From Agrococcus sp. (GTDB lineage: Bacteria; Actinomycetota; Actinomycetes; Actinomycetales; Microbacteriaceae): DNA of 64,000 nt. The stretch is taken from the NCBI GenBank assembly GCA_031178105.1, contig JAPSJX010000001.1, forward strand, positions 21,906 through 85,905, given 5' to 3'. Shown piece after piece: positions 1 to 9,327 of this stretch. How positions within the stretch are numbered: position 1 is the stretch's first letter; each line of letters starts with the position of its first letter. Both the position numbers and the translations under genes were made by a program. The notes under the pieces were generated by a model, which saw only the letters and a program-made list of their open reading frames with translations, had not been told where the DNA came from and ran no database searches.

Positions 1-239
1 CTGTGCGCCGTGCACGGCGCGCAGCGTGCATCGCCATACCGCGATGCCCATCGCTCTCGGGTCGCGCTCAGCGGATGCGATGGCAGTCCAGAGCGGTTCG
101 AGCCCCACCCGTCCAGCTTGGAGCAGATCCACGGGAACCGCTCCTCGAGCGCCCATGACGCTGTTATACGGTGAGCGGGCTCGCACGGTCTGCAGTCTGG
201 ACCGCAGCGGATCGGGTTGCAAGCTTGGGAGAGTGATCG

Positions 240-3200
240 ATGGCACGGGAAGCCCTCACCACGCCCCGTGCGGAGAGCCCGTCCACCGACGGATACGACG
301 CGATGAACGACGGCACCGGGCTGACGCGGAATCAGTTCCTCATCTGGCTCGCGCAGGAGGCGGCCGGCGACAAGCCGATCTTCAATGAGCTGAGTCTCCA
401 CATCATCCCCGACGAGCTGGACGTCGCGCGCTTCCATCAGGCGTTCGCTGACACGCTGGGTGACTTCGATGTGCTCCGCACGAGGGTGTCGAAGGTCGAC
501 GGACGTCCGCGCGCCGAGATCCTCGGTCTCGTGCCGTACGAGTCGGACTTCCTCGACCTGTCGACCGAGGACGAGGTCTCCGCTGCACTCGACCGCTGGG
601 CCCTCGCGAAGGTGGACTCCACGATCGACCTGAGCGTGCGGCCGTTCGACTCCACGCTCATCGGGCTCGCCCCCGACAGGTTCGCGTGGGGCTTGCTGTG
701 CCATCAGCTCTTCTTCGACGCCGCGTCGATGGGCCTCGTGTACCAGCGCGTCGGCGATCGGTATCGTCAGCTCGCCGGCTCGATCGCGCCGGCGCGCGAC
801 GACGCGATGGGATTCGCGGAGTACGTCCAGCAGCAGGTCGCCGATGCGCGCAGCGAGCAGCATCGGAGGCGCGAGTCGTACTGGACGACCAAGCTGGCCA
901 CACCACCCGACGCCGTCACCTTCTACGGAGGGCGCTTCGCGGCCGCGCGGACCGTCGTCCGCCTGCACCGGACGGATCGCACGCTGGGCCCGGAGCTCAC
1001 GGCGGCAGTGCGCGAGCTCGCTGCTGCCGAAGGCGTGCGCTCCCTCTCGGGTCACCTCTCCACCTACAGCATCTTCTGCGCCGCCCTCATCGCCTATCTG
1101 CACAAGCTGAGCGGCAACGAGCGGATCGGGATCGGGTGCACCTGGCACAACCGCCCGCGCAGGTTCGGATCCACGGTGGGGCTGTTCATGGAGCAGGACC
1201 CGTTCGTGGTCGACGTCGACCCCGACGACACGTTCCTGACGCTCATCGAGAAGGTCCAGGCAGAAGCCATCGGCTCGATGCGTCACCTGCCGTACGCCGC
1301 GGGAAGTCTCGGAGGCCGTGCCTACGACGTCAGCATGAACTACCTCAAGGCTGAGGTGGGCCCCTTCGCCGATGTGCCGATCGAGCACCACTGGTACCGA
1401 CCGAGCTACGGCGACGGGAGCCTGCACGTGCAGGTCCACGACTTCGTCGGCCGGCAGGACCTCACCGTCTCCTTCGACTTCAGCGATGACGTCTTCACCG
1501 CGGATGATCGCGAGGCGGTGGTCGCGCACTACGTCGCCTGCCTCACCGCGATGGTCGCGGACCCCGAGCAGACGGTGGGCTCCGCATCCATCCTCACGGA
1601 TCGCGAGACGCAGCTGCTCGAGGACTGGAACGGTGGTGCGCGGGACTACCCCCGAGACATGACCGTGGTCGACCTGTTCGAGGCGCAGGCGCATCGACGG
1701 CCGGACGCTGTCGCCGTGTCGTGCGGCGACGAGCGCCTGACCTATGCGCAGCTGCGCGCACGGGCACGAGATCTCTCCGCCCGGTTGCGGGACGCCGGCG
1801 TCGCCCCCGGTGTCACGGTCGGCCTCCTCGTCGATCGATCGGTCGACCTCGCGGTCGCGCTGCTCGGAGTGCTCGGCGCCGGAGGCGCGTACGTGCCGCT
1901 CGACCCGGCCTTCCCGACGGAGCGGCTGGAGTACATGCTGGAGGATTCAGGCGCGCAGGTCCTCCTGACCGAGCGTCTGCTCTCGAGCAGCATCGATGTC
2001 GGTGGGTGCAGGCTCGTGAGTGTGGATGGCGCCGTTCACCCGTCAGATCGCGACGACGCCGCGCCGGTCGACGGCGATCGACCGGGCGCGGAGGATCTCG
2101 CGTACATCATCTACACGTCGGGTTCCACCGGGCGTCCGAAGGGCGTCGAGGTCTCGCACCGGGCGCTGACGAACCTCCTGTGCTCGATGGCCGAGGAGCC
2201 GGGTTGCGCAGAGGACGATGTCCTCCTCGCCGTCACGACCCTGTCCTTCGACATCGCCGGGCTCGAGCTGTTCCTTCCGTTGATCGTCGGAGGTCGCGTC
2301 GAGATCGCGGGTCGCGAGACCGCTGCCGACGGCAGGCTGCTGCGCACCCAGCTCGACAGCGGGATGTTCACGATCCTCCAGGCGACGCCGGCGACGTGGC
2401 GGATGCTGCTCGACGTCGGGTGGACGGGCACCACCGGGCTGAAGGCGCTGATCGGAGGGGAAGCGCTTCCCGGCGACGTCGTCCAGCCGTTGCTCGACAG
2501 GACAGCTTCCCTCCACAACATGTATGGGCCGACCGAGGCGACCATCTGGTCGTCCACGCGGCTCGTCGTATCCGCTCGGGACGAGATCACGGTCGGCCGA
2601 CCGATCGCCAACACCGGCTTCCACATCGTGGACGACCGGCTGCACGCAGTGCCGATCGGCATCGCGGGGGAGCTCCTGATCTCAGGTGACGGCTTAGCCC
2701 GCGGGTATCGCGACCGGCCAGAGCTCACCGCCGAGAAGTTCGTGCAGCTCTCCCCGCAGGGAACGCGTGGACCGGTGCGGATGTACCGCACCGGCGATCG
2801 TGCGCGATTCCGCCGCGACGGAGAGGTCGTGCACCTCGGCCGGCTGGATGATCAGGTGAAGGTCCGGGGGTTCCGGATCGAGCTCGGCGAGATCGAGGCG
2901 GTGCTCTCCGCGCACCCGTCTGTCCAGCAAGCGGTGGTCGTCGCCCGTGACGCGCACACCGCCAGTGCGCGATTGATCGCCTACGTCGTCCCGAAGGGCA
3001 GCGATGCCGTGGACGCCGCCGAGCTTCGGCGTCACCTGCGCGAGCAGCTGCCGCCGTACATGGTGCCCTCGCGATTCGTCGCGATGACGTCGCTGCCGCT
3101 CACGCTGAACGGCAAGGTCGACCGGCTGCGGCTGCCTGCAGCTGAACCGACGCACGACGCGCCCGCCGGCGAGTCGGCATCGCTCGCGCCGATCGAGGAT

Positions 3201-4601
3201 CGGGTGGCCGCAGCGTTCTGCGACGTGCTGGGGCTTCCCTCGGTCAGCTTGGACGCCGACTTCTTCGATCTCGGCGGCCAATCGATCCTCGCGCTTCGCC
3301 TCATCTCGCAGCTCGGCGAAGAGCTCGGCGTCGAGCTGCCCCTGCAATCGCTCTTCGACGCGCCGACGGTCCGCGCCCTCAGCCGACGTGTGCAGACGCT
3401 CATGGCGACGACGCCTGCACTGCGAGCCGTCATCCTGGAAGGCACTGATCTCGAGCAGAAGCTCCGCGACATCTGGGCATCGGCGACGGGATCCGAGGAC
3501 CGGCACGGCGCTCTGAGCGGAGCACGCCTCACGCACGACCAGGTCGTGCGGCTGCTGGCACGGGTGCGGCAGGAGTTCGGTGTTGCGGCGGAAGGGATCT
3601 CGGCTCTGACGTTCGAGACCGACCCGACGGTGGACGGTCTCGCTCGCGTGCTCCGCGACGCGCTGCATCCACCCGAGGACCTCGTCGTGCCCTTGCAGCC
3701 GCATGGCGGGAGGACGCCTCTCTTCCTCGTCCATGCAGGCGGCGGGTACGTCTTCTTCTACCGAGCGCTCGCAGCCCGGCTCGGTCCGGAGCAGCCCGTC
3801 CACGCGATTCGCGCCGCGACCCGACGCGACCGACAGCAGAAGCGATTCGACCAGACCACCAGCATCGAGGACCTCGCCGCCAGATACATCGAGGAGATCC
3901 GGACGATCCAGCCGGAGGGACCCTACAACCTCGGCGGGTCGTGCTTCGGAGGTGTGGTCGCGTTCGAGATGGCTCACCAGCTGCGCGCAGCCGGCGAAGC
4001 GCTCGCGGCGCCGATCCTCCTGTTCGACTCCTACGTCGGGAAGGCCGGTGAGGATTGGGAGGGATATGCGTCCCGGACGCTTCGCAGCGTCGCAGAGCGG
4101 CTCGGCGGCGGCAGCGGCACCGCGCCGTCGGGTCTGCCGCGTCTTCTCCTGACGAGCGCCGTGCGCCGCCCACGTGCGGTGCTGGCGCTGATCCCGCTCA
4201 CGGCGCGCTCTCTGTACCGCCGCGCGACGGGAACGCGCCGGGGAGCCCGGATGCGGCGATGGTTCGCCGACGCTGCTCGCCAGGATCGTTCCCTCCCGAA
4301 CGAGCAGGAGCAGCTGGACACGATGAAGATGTTCCTCGACACCTCCGTCCGACTCGTGTCCAAGTACGAGCCGCGGAAGTACCCCGGGCCCGCGGTGCTC
4401 CTCAAGGCCTCGGTCGGTCTCGATCCGGAACCGATGTGGACCCCGCTCATCGAAGGTGAGCTGCAGGTGCATGTCAGGCCGGGAGAGCACCTCGACATGA
4501 TGGAGGAGCCGTGGGTGGAGGAGACCGCGCAGCTCGTCCAGCAGGCGCTGGAGATGTCGACGGCACAGGGCAGCAGCGCCGGCAGGGCCATCGCGCCGTA
4601 G
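240..4601 (+). CDS. Single-module non-ribosomal peptide synthetase, C-A-T-(degenerate T)-TE, predicted glycine-activating
   Basis: A-domain cores YIIYTSGSTGRPKG, SFDI, YGPTE, YRTGD, NGKVDR; carrier motif DFFDLGGQS; TE motif GGSCFGG and GEH; N-terminal condensation-like region; GGAGAG RBS upstream. Confidence 0.95.
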   Translation: MAREALTTPRAESPSTDGYDAMNDGTGLTRNQFLIWLAQEAAGDKPIFNELSLHIIPDELDVARFHQAFADTLGDFDVLRTRVSKVDGRPRAEILGLVPYESDFLDLSTEDEVSAALDRWALAKVDSTIDLSVRPFDSTLIGLAPDRFAWGLLCHQLFFDAASMGLVYQRVGDRYRQLAGSIAPARDDAMGFAEYVQQQVADARSEQHRRRESYWTTKLATPPDAVTFYGGRFAAARTVVRLHRTDRTLGPELTAAVRELAAAEGVRSLSGHLSTYSIFCAALIAYLHKLSGNERIGIGCTWHNRPRRFGSTVGLFMEQDPFVVDVDPDDTFLTLIEKVQAEAIGSMRHLPYAAGSLGGRAYDVSMNYLKAEVGPFADVPIEHHWYRPSYGDGSLHVQVHDFVGRQDLTVSFDFSDDVFTADDREAVVAHYVACLTAMVADPEQTVGSASILTDRETQLLEDWNGGARDYPRDMTVVDLFEAQAHRRPDAVAVSCGDERLTYAQLRARARDLSARLRDAGVAPGVTVGLLVDRSVDLAVALLGVLGAGGAYVPLDPAFPTERLEYMLEDSGAQVLLTERLLSSSIDVGGCRLVSVDGAVHPSDRDDAAPVDGDRPGAEDLAYIIYTSGSTGRPKGVEVSHRALTNLLCSMAEEPGCAEDDVLLAVTTLSFDIAGLELFLPLIVGGRVEIAGRETAADGRLLRTQLDSGMFTILQATPATWRMLLDVGWTGTTGLKALIGGEALPGDVVQPLLDRTASLHNMYGPTEATIWSSTRLVVSARDEITVGRPIANTGFHIVDDRLHAVPIGIAGELLISGDGLARGYRDRPELTAEKFVQLSPQGTRGPVRMYRTGDRARFRRDGEVVHLGRLDDQVKVRGFRIELGEIEAVLSAHPSVQQAVVVARDAHTASARLIAYVVPKGSDAVDAAELRRHLREQLPPYMVPSRFVAMTSLPLTLNGKVDRLRLPAAEPTHDAPAGESASLAPIEDRVAAAFCDVLGLPSVSLDADFFDLGGQSILALRLISQLGEELGVELPLQSLFDAPTVRALSRRVQTLMATTPALRAVILEGTDLEQKLRDIWASATGSEDRHGALSGARLTHDQVVRLLARVRQEFGVAAEGISALTFETDPTVDGLARVLRDALHPPEDLVVPLQPHGGRTPLFLVHAGGGYVFFYRALAARLGPEQPVHAIRAATRRDRQQKRFDQTTSIEDLAARYIEEIRTIQPEGPYNLGGSCFGGVVAFEMAHQLRAAGEALAAPILLFDSYVGKAGEDWEGYASRTLRSVAERLGGGSGTAPSGLPRLLLTSAVRRPRAVLALIPLTARSLYRRATGTRRGARMRRWFADAARQDRSLPNEQEQLDTMKMFLDTSVRLVSKYEPRKYPGPAVLLKASVGLDPEPMWTPLIEGELQVHVRPGEHLDMMEEPWVEETAQLVQQALEMSTAQGSSAGRAIAP

Positions 4602-4696
4602 AACCCGCCGCCGCGCCGCCTTCCTCCGCGCCGCGAGACCCGTGGTCGGATGCACGTGGCGCGATGGGGCCCGACGTCGCGATCGCTCCCGGGTCG

Positions 4697-5389
4697 CTAG
4701 CGGACGCGCTTGACGGCGCTCGCGAGCGCGTTCCTCGCCGCACGGAGCCCGCCGCGCGAGGCCGCGATGCGTCGCACCGACTCCGGGGTGTCGTGGGCGG
4801 TGACGCTGTGGCGGGGGCGCAGCCACGCGCCGTCGCGCGCAGCGAACCGGTCGCTCGTGTACACCGCTCGGTACGACGCGGCACGCAAGCGCGTCAGCGT
4901 CTGGCGATCGTACTGCCCGAGCGGCAGCGCCGCTTCGGTGATCGCTGTCCCCGCCGCCTCGGCGAGCGCCGCACGTGCGTCGACCAGCTCGCGCTGCGCA
5001 TCGGCATCCGTCAGCCCGCGCCAGGACATGTGGTGCCAGCCATGCGACCCGATGCGCATGCCGGCGCCACGGAGCTCCCGCAGGTCGGCTGGCGAGAGGC
5101 TCGCGGGGTCGTCGAGCCGGCCCGCGAGCGCGAAGAACGTCGCGGTCAGGCCTCGCTCCTGCAGCGCCGGGAAGGCGATGTCGGCGTCGGACCGGTTGCC
5201 GTCGTCGAAGCTCACGGCGACCCGCGGGAGGTCGACGATCCGATCCAGCATGCGGCGGAACGCGTCCTCGGTCACCCAGTAGCGGGACTCGCCCGGCTCC
5301 CGTTCGACGACCCCGGTGCCGATGCCGTGGAAGCAGAGGTGGACGGTCGGCCTCGCAGCGCGCAGCGGGGGTCGAAGACGGGTGCTCAT
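4697..5389 (-). CDS. Polysaccharide deacetylase (CE4/NodB family), no signal peptide
   Basis: SFDDG and HGWHH motifs; ATG overlaps the stop of the upstream GT2. Confidence 0.9.
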   Translation of the reverse strand: MSTRLRPPLRAARPTVHLCFHGIGTGVVEREPGESRYWVTEDAFRRMLDRIVDLPRVAVSFDDGNRSDADIAFPALQERGLTATFFALAGRLDDPASLSPADLRELRGAGMRIGSHGWHHMSWRGLTDADAQRELVDARAALAEAAGTAITEAALPLGQYDRQTLTRLRAASYRAVYTSDRFAARDGAWLRPRHSVTAHDTPESVRRIAASRGGLRAARNALASAVKRVR

Positions 5390-6249
5390 GGCGCAGCCGG
5401 CGCACCCGGAGCGCCCCGGTGCGCCCGCGTGGTCTCGTCGCGCCCCCATGACCCGTCGGGGGCGCGGCGCGCGAGCAGCTCTGCCGCGAGCGTGATCGCG
5501 ACGTACGGGACGGCGGCGGGCGCGAGCCACGGTCGGGGCAGCACCACGTGTCGCAACCACGCCCAGCGGTCTGACTCCCGCACCTTCCGTCCGACCGTCC
5601 CTCGCGCGGCGGCGGCGCGCATCTGGGCGTTGCCGCGCCGCACCCGCACGAGGCGATGCAGCAGCGCCCTGGTCGTCCGCGGCGCGCGGACGACCACCGT
5701 GACCTCGGCCACCTCCCGACGCTCACCGGCGGTGAACTGCCCGTCGAGGAACAGGTCGTCCGCGATCGCGTCCGGGAACCGGTCGAACCGGGCTCGCCCT
5801 GCCGCCGAGACGGCGATCATGCCGCGGCCGAACAGCGCGCCCTGGAAGACGGGGAGCCGCCCGTTGATGGCGCAGTAGGCACGCACGGGCAGCGCGCTCC
5901 CGCGCGTGTCGAGGATCCTGCGAGGCGCGACCGCCAGCGCGCCGCCGCGGAGGCCGTCGACGAGCCGCGCGAGGCCGTGCGGCGGGACGATGATGTCGGC
6001 GTCGAGGTAGACGCGCGGGAATCCGACGGCGACGCTGTCGGCGTGGTTCAGCGCGCCCGGCTTCCCGGCCTCGGCGCGCTCGACGACCGTCGCCCCACGG
6101 CGCCGCGCCACCCCCGCGGTGTCGTCGGTGCACCCGTTCGCGGCGACGATCACCTGCACGTCGCCCGCATCCGCCTGCGCGTGGAGCGCGTCGAGGCACG
6201 CGCCGATCACGCGCTCCTCGTCGTGGGCGGCGATGATCACGCTGATCAC
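5386..6249 (-). CDS. Glycosyltransferase family 2
   Basis: SVIIAAHDEE start, GKPGALN, YLDAD (DxD); GTG overlaps the upstream stop. Confidence 0.9.
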   Translation of the reverse strand: MISVIIAAHDEERVIGACLDALHAQADAGDVQVIVAANGCTDDTAGVARRRGATVVERAEAGKPGALNHADSVAVGFPRVYLDADIIVPPHGLARLVDGLRGGALAVAPRRILDTRGSALPVRAYCAINGRLPVFQGALFGRGMIAVSAAGRARFDRFPDAIADDLFLDGQFTAGERREVAEVTVVVRAPRTTRALLHRLVRVRRGNAQMRAAAARGTVGRKVRESDRWAWLRHVVLPRPWLAPAAVPYVAITLAAELLARRAPDGSWGRDETTRAHRGAPGAPAAP

Positions 6250-7724
6250 GACGGGACCCGCGACGGCGCGTCCGCGCCCAGCGCCTGCCTGGGAGCAGGC
6301 GGCTCCGCGCGCAGCGCCGGCCTCGGAGCGGGCAGCTCTGCGACCAGCGCGGGCCTCGGAGCAGGCGGCTCCGCGCGCGGCTCGGCCGCCCGCGCGACGA
6401 CGAAGCGCCGCAGCGCTGCTGGGTCCGCGACGTCGACGAATCGACGTCCCTGCGCGTCGACCGTCGGCACGGATGTGCGCACCGGCACGGCGGGCACCGC
6501 TCGGTGGTGCCCGGTGAGGTCGTCGAACACCCGCACGTACGCCTCGGCCTGCGGGCGCCAGTCGAGCGCCTCGCACACGCGCGCGCGAGCGGCGACGCCG
6601 AGGTCGGCCCGGCGCACCGGGTCGTCGATGAGCTCCTCGACGAGGTCGGTGAAGCGCGCGACATCGCCCGAGGGCGCGTAGAGCACCGTGTCGCCGCCCG
6701 ACACACGGGTCTCGACGAGGTCGAACGCGACGGCCGGGAGTGCGTAGGCCATGTACTCCATCGTCTTGTTCATCGTCGACACGTCGTTGAGCGGCGTCCG
6801 CAGATCCGGGCACAGCCCGATGTCGGCGCGGCTGAGGTGCTCGGCGAGCTGCGCGCGGTCGACCCGCCCGGTGAAGGTGACGTGCGCATCCAGCCCGAGC
6901 TCGCGCGAGAGCGCCTTGAGCTCCTCGAGGCAGTCCCCGAAGCCGAGCAGGGTGGCGGTGACGTTCGTGCGGCCGCGGTGGTGCACGAGCTCGTCCATGA
7001 CGAGGAGCACCTGCTCGACGCCGTCCTGCGGGCCCATGATCCCGACGTAGACGAGCTCGATCCCACCCTCCGGGCGGGGGAGGTCGGGGACGATCGGTCG
7101 CATCTGCTCGGTGTCGGGCCCGCTGCGCACCACCGTGACGTCGTCGGCGCTGCGCCCGCCGCGGGCGATCGCGATGGCCTTGTAGGAGTCGTTCGTCGAG
7201 ATGATGTGGTCGGCGCCCCGGAACGAGCGGCGCTCGAGCCACAGCAGCGCGCGGTACTCCAGCCGCTGGAGCAGCTCGGCGGGCTCCCCGAAGCGGGACC
7301 GGTACAGCTCGGGATTGAGGTCGTGGTGGTCGAACACGAACCCGACTCCGGCGGCCCGCCACAGCAGCGCGAGCAGCCAGTACGTGTCGGGCGGGTTGCA
7401 CGCCTGGAGGATGTCGAAGCGGCCGGCCCGTCGCACCCGCAGGCTGAGGCCCGCGGTGCGCAGCCAGCTGTAGGCGAACTCCCACGCGAACCCGGCGAGC
7501 CCCTTCGCCTCCGGAGCCGGCGTGTACGCGTGGATGTCCACGCCGTCCAGGTGCCGGTGCGCGGGGTCGCCTGGCCCCTTCGGGCAGATGACGCTCACCC
7601 GGTAGCCGCGCGTGACCAGCGCCTGGCACTCCAGCCACACCCGCCGGTCGAACGGGACGGGGAGGTTCTGGACGATGATGAGGATGTGCGGAGGCACGCC
7701 GACGGCCTGCGTCGAGGCCGGCAT
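6246..7724 (-). CDS. Glycosyltransferase family 4 with Pro-rich repeat tail
   Basis: IIVQNLPVPFDRRVWLE, ACNPPD, KTMEYMAYALP motifs. Confidence 0.9.
   Translation of the reverse strand: MPASTQAVGVPPHILIIVQNLPVPFDRRVWLECQALVTRGYRVSVICPKGPGDPAHRHLDGVDIHAYTPAPEAKGLAGFAWEFAYSWLRTAGLSLRVRRAGRFDILQACNPPDTYWLLALLWRAAGVGFVFDHHDLNPELYRSRFGEPAELLQRLEYRALLWLERRSFRGADHIISTNDSYKAIAIARGGRSADDVTVVRSGPDTEQMRPIVPDLPRPEGGIELVYVGIMGPQDGVEQVLLVMDELVHHRGRTNVTATLLGFGDCLEELKALSRELGLDAHVTFTGRVDRAQLAEHLSRADIGLCPDLRTPLNDVSTMNKTMEYMAYALPAVAFDLVETRVSGGDTVLYAPSGDVARFTDLVEELIDDPVRRADLGVAARARVCEALDWRPQAEAYVRVFDDLTGHHRAVPAVPVRTSVPTVDAQGRRFVDVADPAALRRFVVARAAEPRAEPPAPRPALVAELPAPRPALRAEPPAPRQALGADAPSRVPS
6279..6377 (-). repeat. 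Three imperfect 33-bp tandem repeats encoding AE(P/L)PAPR(P/Q)AL(x)
   Basis: Units start at 6279, 6312 and 6345, each CAGCGC...GGAGC.GGC.GCTC.GCG. Confidence 0.85.
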
Positions 7725-9229
7725 CAGTAGGCGCCGGCCGGGCGCACGACGATCCGGGCGGTCTTGACGATGATCATGAGGTCCTGCATGACCGACCAGT
7801 TCTCGACGTAGCGCACGTCGAGCCGCACGCTCTCGTCCCACGAGAGGTCGCTGCGGCCGCTGATCTGCCACAGCCCGGTGATGCCGGGCTTGAGGTAGAG
7901 CCGGCGCATGGCGACCCCGTCGTAGGTGGTCGCCTCGCCGGGCAGCGGCGGGCGCGGGCCGACGACGCTCATGTCGCCCTTGAGGGCGTTCCAGAACTGC
8001 GGCAGCTCGTCGAGCGAGTGCTTGCGCAGGAAGGCGCCGACGCGCGTGATGCGAGGATCGTGCTTCAGCTTGAAGAGGGGACCGGCGCCCTCGTTGAGCG
8101 CCTGCAGCGCCGCGAGCTGCTGCTCGGCGTCGACGCGCATCGTGCGGAACTTCAGCATGCCGAAGGTGCGCCCGTCGCGACCGACGCGCTGCTGGCGGAA
8201 GAGGATCGGCCCGGGGGAGTCGAGCTTGATCGCGATCGCGATCGGCACGGCCAGCACCCCGACCGCCAGCAGCGCGAAGGATGCGACGACGACGTCGAGC
8301 GCGCGCTTCAGCGCGTGCTCCCCGCCGTCGAAGGTGGGGATCCGCACCTGGATGAGCGGCAGGCCGTCGACCGGGCGGAACGAGATGCGGGGACCCGCGA
8401 CGTCGGTGAGCCGCGAGAAGAGCACGAGCTCGGCGCACGTGCCCTCGAGCTCCCTGCTGAGGCGCGTCAGGTACGCGGGGTCGGCGTCGGGCTTGGCGGC
8501 CAGGATCACGGTGTCGGCGCCCAGCCGCTCGGCGTTCGCGGCGAGCGCCGACTGCGCGCTCAGCACAGGCACCGGCCTGCCTCGCAGGGCGAGCGGCTCG
8601 CCGGCGTCGCCGGAGATCGCGGCGCCGACGACGTGGTAGTTGAGGTCCGCGGTCCGCTCGAGCCGCTCGAGGACGTACGCGACCTCGTCCCGATCGCCGA
8701 CGAGGATCGTCCGCGACGCCCATTCGCCCTCGCGTCGCCGAGCGACGAGCCAGCGCCGCCACTGCCAGCGCCCGATGAGCAGCGCGAGGGTGCCGATGGG
8801 CAGTGCCACGAGCAGCTGCAGGCGCAGCTCCGGCCAGTCGACGACGAGCGCGAGCGCCGCGAGCAGCGCGAAGGCGAGGCCGGTCGCGTGCACGACGCGG
8901 CGGTACTCCGTCGCGCCTGCGCCGAGGGTCGCGGCATCGCGCGAGCGGATCGCCGCGAGCGCGACGAGCCAGGCGAGGAGCACGAGCGCGGGTGCGCCGA
9001 GCACCGCGTGGAGCGGCACCGGCGTGAGCGCACTGGCTCCCTGGGGCGAGGTCACGAGGGCGACGACGACGGTCGTCGTGGCGAGCAGGGTCGCGTCGGT
9101 GGCCGCCAGTCGGAGGCGCGAGCGCCGGTCCTGCTGCCTCCGTCGCGCCAGCGTCGCGGTGGCCTTGGGCGACTGCGCCCCGGCGAGGAGGGGTGGTGTC
9201 GCGGCGATCGGCGCCGCGATCGCGGCCAT
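7724..9229 (-). CDS. Priming polyprenyl-phosphate glycosylphosphotransferase (WcaJ/WbaP-like sugar transferase)
   Basis: N-terminal TM helices; KRALD, KFRTM, DPRITRVG, SLDELPQ, GDMSVVGPRP, KPGITGLWQISGR. Confidence 0.95.
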   Translation of the reverse strand: MAAIAAPIAATPPLLAGAQSPKATATLARRRQQDRRSRLRLAATDATLLATTTVVVALVTSPQGASALTPVPLHAVLGAPALVLLAWLVALAAIRSRDAATLGAGATEYRRVVHATGLAFALLAALALVVDWPELRLQLLVALPIGTLALLIGRWQWRRWLVARRREGEWASRTILVGDRDEVAYVLERLERTADLNYHVVGAAISGDAGEPLALRGRPVPVLSAQSALAANAERLGADTVILAAKPDADPAYLTRLSRELEGTCAELVLFSRLTDVAGPRISFRPVDGLPLIQVRIPTFDGGEHALKRALDVVVASFALLAVGVLAVPIAIAIKLDSPGPILFRQQRVGRDGRTFGMLKFRTMRVDAEQQLAALQALNEGAGPLFKLKHDPRITRVGAFLRKHSLDELPQFWNALKGDMSVVGPRPPLPGEATTYDGVAMRRLYLKPGITGLWQISGRSDLSWDESVRLDVRYVENWSVMQDLMIIVKTARIVVRPAGAY

Positions 9230-9327
9230 CGTCCGCGATGTTCCCTGCCATGCTCGCTGCACCCGAACCACCCCACTCCTGGCCCCGGTCGGCGGCGCCG
9301 ACCGGTGCGATAACGCTGTTTCCGAAC

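Noticed and set aside
56-71. CTCGG-N6-CTCAG upstream of the NRPS as a third copy of the EPS operator
   Set aside because: Only one half-site matches and the other conserved blocks and spacing are absent.
2694-5726. 1010-aa minus-strand ORF and other very long shadow ORFs (e.g. 15736-20001, 16301-20182, 29100-32969, 52322-55837)
   Set aside because: They overlap well-supported genes, are Arg/Gly/Ala-rich with no motifs, and are expected at this GC content.
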